Shown in pieces: positions 14,118 through 24,977 of a stretch of DNA of 64,000 bases. The notes beneath the pieces are model-generated. The model saw nothing but the letters and a program-made list of their open reading frames with translations. It had not been told where the DNA came from and made no database searches. The DNA is from Tachypleus tridentatus. Lineage: Eukaryota. The stretch lies in assembly GCF_004210375.1 (NCBI RefSeq), contig NC_134837.1:230505567-230569566 (forward strand). Direction: 5' to 3'. Positions within the stretch are counted from its first letter, which is position 1, and each line of letters begins with the position of its first letter. The translations under genes were made by a program, and so were the position numbers.

Positions 14118-14302
14118 AACATTCCTTTCAATATTGAAGAGCATTGTACAAAATGGTCGGTTTGTATTTAAGTGAATAGTAATAATACCTGATAGACAGA
14201 AAACTCGACTCTCCTTATAAAGTGTGAGACGAAATTCAGCTTTTGTATTTGGCAATAAATATTGCCTGTAAGAAATTGGTTTAGAATATTAACAAGTAAA
14301 CC
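14118..14302 (+). repeat. Second copy of the ~185-bp duplicated segment.
   Basis: See the partner entry 12955..13140. Confidence 0.85.
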
Positions 14303-16099
14303 AACCCTTAAAAGTTTTCTAAATACTTTTGTGAGACTGTTTGGACAGTAGGAGCTAATATTTGAAGGAAGTTTATTAGGTTTAAAGAAAAGTAGGATTA
14401 CCGAAAACATCTATTATGGATAAAGTAGAGTATGCCACATGGTGTTAGATGCTTTCTTAAATTAAAGTAGCAGAATACAAAAATAGAGTGATTGGTATTG
14501 AAATGATTGGCGACAACATCAAACATCCTAGCAAGCTGGAAATTGAATAGGAAATTACTTTCCAAAATAGAATAATGGAACCGAGAGACTAAAATTTGAT
14601 CAAATGTTTCGCTGAAAATACTGATAATAGTAATAGGTCAGTAAAAATTAACTGGTCGAGGAGATTTATATAAACAGTTTCCATGAGCAAAAATGAAATC
14701 TAATGAGTAAAATAACGACAGCTAAAGTATTTAGTCATAAACATAATTTGTGAGGAATATTCTGTAGATTTGAGTATGCAATGTTGTCCAGTCAAGGTAT
14801 TGTATTATAATTGTTAAGAAAGCTTGATGGATATTGAATACCATCATCCAGGTTAAGGAGAAAATTAGGAGTGAATTCTGAAAAATGAGAGTTAGGAAAA
14901 AAAGAAATACCATGAAAGATTAACAAATCTAACAAATAGCATCCTGAAAGATTTAAAGGATTGATAAACAGATACGTAAAAAGTTTATTCAAAATAATTA
15001 TCAAATACATTGATCGATCCTAAGGAAGACTCAGGAACAAGAATTAGATGCTGAAGAGAGTGTAACTGGTCTGTTAGTAAATTAGAATTATGTTTTTGTA
15101 GATGTGACAAGAATTTTCAGTGCTTTGATAACAGGCTGAAGTTTGAATCAATATTTCGAAATGCAATATCAAAGTGATGTTAATAAGCTTTTGAAAAATC
15201 ACGAATGTTTTCGTAGGTAGGTGTCGTGTACAGGAGGTTCTGGCAACAAACTAGATATGAGTAGATGGATTCTGGCAACACGTGAAGGAACGTTAATCAG
15301 GTCAGCAGAAATACAATATTAGGAGAAGTAAGGACAATGTCTGATGTGATATTTTAATCAAGGCATGAATGACACATAGTTATAGAATGAAACCACCAGA
15401 GTGTCATTAAACTGATAAAGTTCAGAAAGTACCAGCCGTAGATGTTAATACCAGTGACGATAATGTAGCTTTTGAAGGTCTGACCAATAAAAGAGAAGGC
15501 ACGTAACAATATTTCTGTTGTTTTGGCATATGTATTGTAGTATATGTTGTTATACTCATATGAAACATATTCATGTAACACGATACAACTAAATATTTCA
15601 CAACGATAACATAGAATTGCATTAACAAAAATTATTGAACACACAATCTCTTGTTCATTTGTTAACCACAGTTCAAAGTATGATTCAAGGTCGATAAGGG
15701 CAATATATTTAACCCCACCCTTTTCAGTGATACGTCTGCTGGTTTATGACGCTAAAACCTAATTTCAGTGTTTGTTTCTTTGTAGTTAAGCGCAAAGCTA
15801 CACATCAGGCTATCTGTGGTCGATTTACCACCAGGGGCGTGTGTGGTTTGTCCTGATGAGGAAGCAAAAGCATAAAAGATGTTATAAAATAATAGAAAAA
15901 AAATGTGCAGGACAGCCAGTAAAGATAAATTAATTACTTGTGGTTATTAATCATATTTAAGATGAAGTATTTCCAATTAAAGATAAAAACAAGAATATTC
16001 GGCTATTTACTTTATTTATATGTTAATTCCATCCTTCTTTCCTTTTGATTGAATAAAGTTATTACATCTTTATAGAAGCTATCAGTATTTATTTTCTTG

Positions 16100-16379
16100 T
16101 TTGTTTGTTTGTTTTTGAATTTCGCGCAAAGCTACTCGAGGGTTATCTGCGCTAGCCGTCCCTAATTTAGCAGTGTAAGACTAGAGGAAAGGCAGCTAGT
16201 CATCACCACCCACAGCCTACTCTTGAGCTACTCTTTTATCAACGAATAGTGGGACTGACCGTCACATTATAATGTACCTACGGCTGAAATGGCAAGCGCG
16301 TGTTTAGTGTGACGGGATTCGAACCCGCGCCCCTCACATTACGAGTCGAACGCCTTAACACATTTGGCCATGCCGGGCT
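16100..16379 (-). mobile_element. SINE family 1 copy.
   Basis: Matches the consensus. Confidence 0.9.
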
Positions 16380-16676
16380 CTTTATTTTTTTAAGAAAATT
16401 TTTCTGAATTGCAATTAACGCTAAACTTGCAAGTCTTTCTTGTGGTTGCGCATTTTGGTGTAGCTGTGTATTATTTTAAATGAGACGAAAACACTCAACT
16501 GAGGCACTGGTGGCTGGAAGAATCAAGGTTAACTCTCAAAACTTCGTAAGTTGTTGTAGGGCTTCACCTATCTTGTCATTTTGCAAAAAAATAATATAAT
16601 TCATTCACTGATTTTTTTTTTCTTTTTATTATAATTCCAAAGAGTCGAGGCCACTTTCGTTAATCTTTTCTTCAGC

Positions 16677-17350
16677 TCAGTATCTAAAAGGTGCACACGC
16701 TTTGTTAATTTCGCAAAAAAACAAAGAGAATGGTTTAAGTCCTGCAAGCAATCTGTCACACTCCTTGATCTTCGTCATAGATTGTGACAACACTAAATTC
16801 AATCTTTGCGTCATATAATGAATAAAGAGAGCTTTTGTGTATTTATCTATAACTTTCTTTAGAAGCCCATTCAGCTCATTGAACATCACGCTTGCCCCAT
16901 CATAGATTTGTGCAACAACTTTTGACCTAATATTTAATTCAGCGACTAAATAAACACTATTTTGGATAAATCTACAGCTTTTCGATGTGCACTAACATTT
17001 GTAAACTACAGAAATCTATCGTAAATTTCACCATCTTTAGTTACATGTCGTATAACACTAGAAAGCTGAGAAATGGTTATTGCGTCAATAGTTTCATCTA
17101 AGGTAAGATCTACAGGGAGATAATCACATATTTCGCTTTTAATTTTATTCAACAATACTTCTCCTACACAATTAATGAGGTCATTCTGCATTCTATTTGA
17201 CAGGCTAGAATAAACACTTGATATCTCTAAATGGGATTTAAATAATGGATCATATTTCTTACACAAATTTACCAATTCCACATAATTGTCTCGATTAGTA
17301 GATTCAAGTGATTCATTTTTACCTCTAAATGCTAATTGTTTTTCACACAA
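16677..17350 (-). pseudogene. Fragment of a ZMYM1-like or DUF4371-type hAT transposase.
   Basis: ORF 17006..17350: LAFRGKNESLESTNRDNYVELVNL…SHLEIS…YSSLSNRMQNDLINC. ORF 16677..16889: …HYMTQRLNLVLSQ, matching the hAT CxxH / AHxLNLV motif. Confidence 0.55.
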
Positions 17351-18026
17351 ATATCATAATATGTTGATTAACCTCTTTTAAGTGCCTCTATTCCTCTTCA
17401 CCTTTTCATTGTTCATTTGCCCATTTATTTTATGTTGACTGTTTAATTGGAATTGAATCCGTGATTTTCCAAACCTAGCTACACATGAAGTTTAAAATAT
17501 ATGATTGATGGAATTTTCATGTACTGTATTTTAATTGCCTTATGCGTATTATTTAAATCATTAAATCCGCTTGTGTTCAATGAACCAAATTCACTTTTAA
17601 ATAATAAACACGGCCATCAGAAAAGTTTTTACAAGTTAGGAAAAGCAGTTAACAAAGAATTCCTGTCATATTGGTTTACACTGAGTTTTCGAGAGCATTG
17701 CTTTGTTTTTCCAGTCAGTTTTAGAGCTGGCATTGGTCTACCATTTATTTATCACTAAAACTCTTTGTATCACACTTGTTCACTAATAAGCTTTCCATAA
17801 TACAATTACAATTTTTCCTATTATCGTTAGAATCCATATTCAAATCTGAAGAAATGCACTTCACAAAATAAAATGTGCATAGAAAAAATAACAGCATAAT
17901 TTAATACAATGCTCGAAACATCTGCACATCACGTAACATCAGAGATGTAACGAACAGTCAAGATCGCAGGGCATGAAAAAATAGTAAATATAACTACTGG
18001 AGTGAACAACTGTAACGACTGTATTA

Positions 18027-19410
18027 TTGGGTTGAGGAATAATTCGTGAGCGTTTTTTCAAGTTAAAAAAATATATTCATATATGAAACGCTTTCCCAAA
18101 ATATTTCATGTCATTTGGTAGATAATTTTTTGCTCTAACAGATGGTGTGTTTGACTTTCATATGTCTTTAATTTTTGCTTTCATTTTCAGTTCATTAAAT
18201 GGAATGTCAAGTGGACAAAATCGAGCATTTTCGACACCATCTGCTTTACGCATTTAATCGAGGTGTTAACGCCGCCGAAGCTGCTCGTGAGATCTGTTCT
18301 GTGTATGGCAAAGGAGCAATGCCTGAAAGTACCGCCCGCCGTTGGTTTTCGCGCTTTAAAAATGGGAATTTTGATCTGAAGGACGGGTCACACACTGGTC
18401 GACTAACTATGTTTGATGAAGAGCTTTTTCACAAAACTCCACGTCACACGACTAGAGAATTAGCGGAGCAGATGGATTGTGATAAAAAAACTGTGGTGAA
18501 CCACCTTCGTTCAATGGGCAAGGCTCAGAAACTCGGCGCTTGGGTGCCACACTGTTTGAGCGAAAAGAATAGAAATCAGCGCATCACAATTGCCGCCAGT
18601 TTGCTTGCTCGACATCGCTCAACACATGGTCACAAGGAGCGCTTTCTTTATCGCATCGTCACTGGCGATGAAAAATGGTGCCTGTACATCAATATGAAGC
18701 AGCGTAAAGAATGGCTCAGCCCCGACAAAAAAGCGACTCCTCGAGCAAAACGAGACCTCCATCCTCGAAAGACTATGTTGTGTGTATGGTGGAACTGGGA
18801 AAGCATAATCCATCACGAACTGCTTGGGCGCAACCAAACAGTTAATGCGGAGCTCTACGTTAAACAACTGCACCGACTTAACGAAGCAATTCAGCAAAAA
18901 AGACCAAATCGACAAAACAGTGTTCTTCTGCAGCACGACAACGCTCGTCCTCACATCGCCAATATGACCAAAGCAGCGATTCAAGAACTTAAATGGGAAG
19001 TGTTGCCTCACTCCCCATATTCGCCAGACTTGGCGCCATAAGATTTTCATCTCTTTCGATCGCTTTCGAATGCATTGCGCGGCGTATCGTTCAATAATGA
19101 CGTGGAATTGAGCGCTTGGTTGGACGAATTCTTTGAGTCAAGACCGAAAGACTTTTATCGCCGAGGCATTGAGAAACTTATTGAACGATGGGAGGAAGTT
19201 ACCAACAACAACGGAGATTTTATTGTTGACTAATTTCTTGCAATTTCGTTTAAAACAATGCATACTATATACCTAGGTATTACATGAAATAAAGTATCAT
19301 AATAAATGTTTTGGGTGTAATGTGTTCATGCATTGAAGTATTGTATAGTCTTGCATGTAATGCTTGAATGAAATTATTTAAAAACGCTCACGAATTATTC
19401 CTCAACCTAA
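18027..19410 (+). mobile_element. mariner-like element (Tc1/mariner, Hsmar1/cecropia-like) with ~30-bp terminal inverted repeats and TA target-site duplications.
   Basis: 5' ITR TTGGGTTGAGGAATAATTCGTGAGCGTTTTT at 18027. The 3' reverse complement TTAGGTTGAGGAATAATTCGTGAGCGTTTTT ends at 19410. TA lies at 18025-18026 and 19411-19412. Length 1384 bp. Confidence 0.9.
18199..19242 (+). pseudogene. mariner transposase with the DD34D-type motifs LLQHDNARPH and HSPYSPDLAP. It is about 346 aa and interrupted by a single in-frame TAA (LAP*DFHLF) at 19042-19044.
   Basis: ORF 18199..19041 continues in frame after the stop to …WEEVTNNNGDFIVD*. The sequence shows the classic mariner signature. Confidence 0.9.
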
Positions 19411-19593
19411 TAAAATACTTCCACTCCCGCTAGTAGGTTTTTATGCAATGAAATATGTTAAGGATATAATGTTGGGTATTTACGTGAATTATAGTAAAGG
19501 AATATTTTGTTTGCTTGTTTCTTGTTACGTATAAAGCTGTATGATGTGTTTACTTTAAAAGTGGGGAGGGAGAAAAGATTAAATTTTTGTTTT

Positions 19594-19848
19594 GAATTTC
19601 GCGCAAACTACTCGAGGGCTATCTGCGCTAGCCGTCCCATAATTTAGCAGTGTAAAACTAGAAGTAAGACAGCTATTCATCACCACCCACCGCTAACTCT
19701 TGGGCTACTCTTTTACCATATAACAGTGGGATTGACTTTCATATTATAACGCCCCACGGCTGAAAGAGTGAATATGTTTGGTGCGACGGAGGATTCGAAC
19801 CCGCGAATTACGAGTCGAATGCCTTAACTTTCCTGGCCATACCGGGCC
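19594..19848 (-). mobile_element. SINE family 1 copy, slightly deleted.
   Basis: Matches the consensus. Confidence 0.85.
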
Positions 19849-21020
19849 GGAAGAAAAGTCCCTTTGGATTGCCTTTATAACATTTCAAACTTTGATTCGG
19901 AAACTAGTGGACTTTAATCTATTGTTTGTGAGATAAAAAATAGAGCAGTTTGTTTTCGTTCATTTTTCTTCTACACTAGATGTCTGTTTTGATTTTACGA
20001 GTATTCTTACTTCCTAGTCTGTGTTATTATTTTAACGAGTTTTATTATGTTTATTTTAATGATATTTATTTATTAATAGTTTTTTTAACGTTGAGCTTCT
20101 TGTGGCGCAATTTACTTTTCACATCATTTTTCTTCTCTTCTAAATACAATTGTTTAGATTTCTCTCACTCCGTATCTCCACAGTAAATCTGAAGGTCTGC
20201 AACATTGAGTTCTGTTTCTGCCATGGTCCATTGAACAATTTTACGTTTGAACAAACATGTTTATTCCTCTTACTACTAAGCACAAACAGCAGTGAGCAAG
20301 ATACTTCTATTACGTAATTCATTTGATCTATCTTTTTGTTTTTGTGCAAAAAAAAACCCACAAACAAACAGATATGCAAGTGCTGTAATTGTTAATAAGA
20401 AAATGGTACTAAATGCTTAATAAAGCAATATGACCACGATTTCAAATCTTTATTTACAATATGAGTTTTACAAACAATAGAAGCACGCAAATATATTGAC
20501 TTAATTTTAATAAATGGATTTTTTATTACATGAAAACAACAAAAATATTTTCGTTATGAACTAACACCATTACAATGCAGAAATTAAACACGAAACTAAT
20601 TTATTGCTTATGATGTTGTGTTGTATCGTTATTTGACGATGCAGCAAGAACAATTACTATTCCAAATAAATGTAGTTCGAAGAAGTAAATCCATATATGT
20701 ATAGATAGATAAATATCATTACAAATTGTGTTGAAGAAAAGCAGTGTTAACAAAATAAACCAAATATTTACCATTTTATCTGTGATTCTATTATGTTAAC
20801 ATTATTATTTTTATTGAAATCCAGTAAAAGTGTTTTTCATATTTTATCCTCCCAAATATAACAATTTTAAAGCTAACAGCAGAAGAAAAAAAATTAAATT
20901 ATCTACTGCTGTCTTTTCAAAATGGTTTTGAAATATTTCACCATAAAAATATTTTTCTTACTTTATGTTAAAATGAAGATTGAAGCTAGATAAACCGTTA
21001 TGTAAATATAAATGCTCATT

Positions 21021-21026
21021 TTTATT
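21021..21026 (-). promoter_or_regulatory. Polyadenylation signal AATAAA overlapping the TAA stop of the terminal exon.
   Basis: Minus-strand sequence …GAA AAG TAA ATAAAAATGAGC. Confidence 0.5.
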
Positions 21027-21028
21027 TA

Positions 21029-22084
21029 CTTTTCATTCTGTACGTTGAGACGTCTTCCAAATATGTAAGCTTTATGAGGCCGTGCAGACAATGCACCATT
21101 ATCTTGAGTAGCATGTTGGGAGAATTGATCCAAGTTCCGCACAGGTGACACTGCTACCGAAGGTGAACGGTATTGGCTTGTGGCTAGAGGTGGCACTGCT
21201 ATCGAAGGTGAACGGTATTGGTTTGTAGCTGGAGGTTGTGCTGCTACCGAAGGCGAACGGTATTCGCTTGTAGCTGGAGGTGGTGCTGCTTCCGAAGGTG
21301 AACGGTATTGGTTTGTAGCTGGAGGTGGTGCTGCTACCGAAGGCGAACGGTATTCGCTTGTAGCTGGAGGTGGTGCTGCTTCCGAAGGTGAACGGTATTG
21401 GTTTGTAGCTGGAGGTGGTGCTGCTACCGAAGGCGAACGGTATTCGCTTGTAGCTGGAGGTGGTGCTGCTTCCGAAGGTGAACGGTATTGGTTTGTAGCT
21501 AGAGGTGGCGCTGCTGCCGAAGGTGAACGGTATTGGTTTGTAGCTAGAGGTGGCGCTGCTGCCGAAGGTGAACGATATTGTTTTGTAGCTGGAGGTGGTG
21601 CCGCTACCGAAGGTGAACGGTATTGGCTTGTGGCTGGAGGTGGCGCTGCTACCGAAGGTGAACGGTACTGGCTTGTGACTGGAGGTGGCGCTGCTACCGA
21701 AGGTAAACGGTATTGACTTGTAGCTTGAGGTGTCGCTGCTTCCGAAGGTGAACGGTATTGGCTTGTAGCTGGCGGTGGCGCTGCTTCCGAAGGTGAACGG
21801 TATTGGCTTGTGACTGGAGGTGGCGCTGCTACCGAAAGTGAACGATGTTTGCTAGTGGTTGAGGATGGTTTGAAACGGGCAGGATTAGGTTCGACTTTCA
21901 ATTTTTTCTCATCTCTGGGATCCGGAAACGTATATAGATCATTATTTCTTTTAAAATAATTTTCAGAATTGCCACAGTTTACATTGTACCACCACTCACA
22001 GACGAAGGACAACTGGTTATAGACAGTACCATTTGGACAAAGAAAGCTTTGCATACGACCTTGAGGACTACAATGATGATACAA
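21029..22084 (-). CDS. Terminal coding exon: the C-terminal half of the CBM14 domain (LYHHCSPQGRMQSFLCPNGTVYNQLSFVCEWWYNVNC), then about 16 15-aa tandem repeats YRSPS[EV]AAPPPAT[SN]Q, then a short unique tail and stop.
   Basis: The minus ORF 21026..22084 is preceded by the acceptor gtatatttttag|TTG TAT CAT CAT TGT. It is in phase 0, matching the phase-0 donor at 32474. Joining the exons yields C-x14-C-x5-C-x10-C-x12-C-x7-C with conserved aromatics, which is the peritrophin-A spacing. Confidence 0.65.
21149..21847 (-). repeat. Coding tandem repeat with a 45-bp unit (15 aa), about 16 copies, and a 90-bp higher-order structure. Several 90-bp blocks are identical at the nucleotide level.
   Basis: Direct reading: ggtggtgctgctaccgaaggcgaacggtattcgcttgtagctgga… repeated. 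The protein alternates the …SEAAPPPATSE and …SVAAPPPATNQ units. Confidence 0.9.
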
Positions 22085-23037
22085 CTAAAAATATACAACC
22101 GTTTATTGATATTTTGTATAGGCTGAATTATTTAAGTCACAAGCATAAATAAAACAAAGTACGTGATTTAAAAATATATATGTAAAAACGACTCTACAAG
22201 TAGGTTTTCTCGACATCACTGAAAAGTATATGATTTAAATGGGAATTTTATAAACAAAATTACTTATTCTGCAAAATATAGGTTATGTATTGGAGTATGT
22301 TAATTGAAAGGTTATTTTGCTAAGCATCTGTGACAGGTTCAAGCATGATAAAAAAATGTTATTTAAAGTCCAAGACTTATATTGTATGGTGAACGATGTC
22401 AAATACAAAGTGACTTCTTCCTTAATATATCTGTAATTTAATTAAAACTCGTAAGCAGACATATCTGTCCATATCTTTAACAGCAAAGATTCACATTCCA
22501 CTCTGGACATATATGTTCTAGTCATAATATCACAATTCTCAAACATAAAGACTATAAAAGTACCATGATAACGTCACAAAATAAACTTAGTATCTTTAAT
22601 GTGTTCAATGAATTAGCCTAATTGCCATTTCTTGTAACACTACAGATACTCCGTCAACAACTTGAAAATGATAAATCTCCCAAAGAATGCACCCAATTCC
22701 ATGATAATGGAACTCTGAGCCTTCTATGCCAATATACCACATTACTTCGAATTTAAGATGCTTTCTTATTTAGGATGCACCCCACTTTTAAGAAGGGATT
22801 TTTCAGAAAAAAAAAGGATGATCATTAGAAAGGAGTAAATACGTTTTATAAGAGTTTATTAACGAATAAAAAATGTTAATAATGTAATTAAAATGAAATA
22901 TAATAAAATATACAGGAATTTTAAAGTTTTCATTAAAATAATGTTTCTTTAATCAGAATGTTACTTCGATGTTTCTTTTGACCCACTGCAATATTCTGAG
23001 GTTGAAACATCTTCATCACTTGATTTATTACTGTCTC

Positions 23038-23160
23038 AGACCTCCGCTAGTACAGCGGTATGTCTACGAATTTACAACGCTAAAATCATGGGTTCGATTC
23101 CCCTCGGTGGGCTTAGCAGGTAGTCCGATGTGGCTTTGGTATAAGAAAAAAAACACACAC
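23038..23160 (+). mobile_element. SINE family 2a copy, lying inside the gene's intron.
   Basis: cctccgctagtacagcggtatgtctacgaatttacaacgctaaaatcatgggttcgattcccctcggtgggcttagcaggtagtccgatgtggctttgg. Confidence 0.8.
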
Positions 23161-24977
23161 ATTACTGTCCTAAAGAATGTAATTTTGTGTTCCATCTTCA
23201 AATCTGACGGAAAATTTTCACTACTTGTTGTCCTTCCCTGTAATGATAACCTTTTATTTTCATAAATTTCTCACACCAGTCACGATAAACCTTGAAAGAA
23301 AGACTAATATTTCCTGCACATTCTTTCACTTTTAATATTAATACTTCTCTCATTACAGGCAAGCCTTTATTTCATAACTCTCTAAAAGACGGTAAAAAGG
23401 TAGCCTCAATTTCAGTTTTTTTTTCTCATCTTGGGCCAGAAAATGGCTTTGTACTTTTCTTGCAAGAAAACAAGTTAGTTTTCATACCACACCAACGACG
23501 TATCTTTGCCTCATACACTTTTTACTTTTTACCGGCTGCACGATTTCCAATGTGTTCGACGTACAAAATAACTTTTCTTTTAAATTTAGCATCGTACGTA
23601 AAACGCTCTTCATGGGTAAAAAACTCAATAAAAAAAGCATCTGAACAACAGGAAAGTCAGAAAAAGACTGAGGACAGTGATATACAACTACGTCGCTAGA
23701 GGCGCTGATATCGGCAAATTAGACATTTTGTACGTGTTTTTTTAGCCTTTTTAATCTAAGTTATTTTTAAAATATAGTTCAATCTGTTTGTTAGTGCAGG
23801 AATTTTTCGAAAATCTTTGTTGTTCGAGAAAAATGATGTTTTCCAGACTTTCGAAGAGTGAAAAATAATACTTCGAATTTAAGACGCACCCTAATTTTGA
23901 ATTCGGAAAAAATGTGAAAAAAAAGGTGACTCTTAAATTTGAAGTAATACGGTAATTACAACATAAATATACATTGTATCAATAACAAGAAGACTTAACG
24001 GGTCATCTCTATCACCAGTACTCAATATTTTTATATGGAGCGTTTCGAAGATTATGCCTTCAAACAGTCGCGACTCAGGAAGCGATTCATATATATTGAC
24101 TGTATATTTGCAATACAGCTACACTTCACAGTCAGGATTTAGGAATTTAGGAAGATTCTGAACAAGTGATATCCAGGAATACAATTCACATTATGAAAAG
24201 TAAAATATTATGATCACTAAAACACGTTACTCGTATACCATAAGAGTGTGCATAAAACATGTATCAGCGGATAAATACCTCACTTGAACGTGGAACAAGC
24301 ATAGTAGTGTGAAGGGGAGCATCACAGACTTCCTATTCATTAGAATGAATAATATTTGTTTGACAGAAGACGATCAGAAGAATGAGGAAAAACACATTGT
24401 TACAGCTCTCTTTGAAAAAAGATACCTTGAAATTTAGGTAAATGAAGAAAAGAAAAATAAGAATCATAAACAGAAGGAAAATTACACTGAAAATTTTATA
24501 AGAGTATGCAAATAACATAAAGTCGGAACAGTAATGAGAAACCACAAAACAAAACAATCGCAATTAGTATATTGAAACCACTGAAATACCCGAAATAAAG
24601 ACAAAACAACATTTTCAGCCTCCTTTATGAAAGTGGGCTCTAGTAAATGGGAGAAACAAAAGGCAGGATCAGAAAAAATAATAATTATTGGAATACCACT
24701 CTAATAGTGGTACCTACCAATGGACACAGCCTTTATAGTGAAAAAAAATATGAAAATGGTTGGGTATGAACTAAACACAAGAAAACTAATGATAAAAGGA
24801 GTTTTCTACATTCACTTGACCGATAACACGCCAAAGGAACGCAATAAAAAATATAACAAACGATTCAAATAGTTAATTCCATGTTCTAATGGACGAAGAG
24901 CTTAGGCAAATGGGTAGCAAAACTTTAATTATAACTAGCCGCAGTTTAAGTTCTGACTAATAACACCACATATAATA

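Noticed and set aside
12892-14410. ORFs 12892..13092 and 14168..14410 as small genes
   Set aside because: Both are generated by the two copies of the same 185-bp duplicated segment. They are low-complexity, with no homology signal.
21180-21716. 178-aa plus-strand ORF (…GGAATEGERYWFVAGG… repeats)
   Set aside because: It is simply the antisense frame of the 45-bp coding tandem repeat. Perfect periodicity keeps it open. The splice-supported minus-strand reading with the CBM14 domain is the real one.
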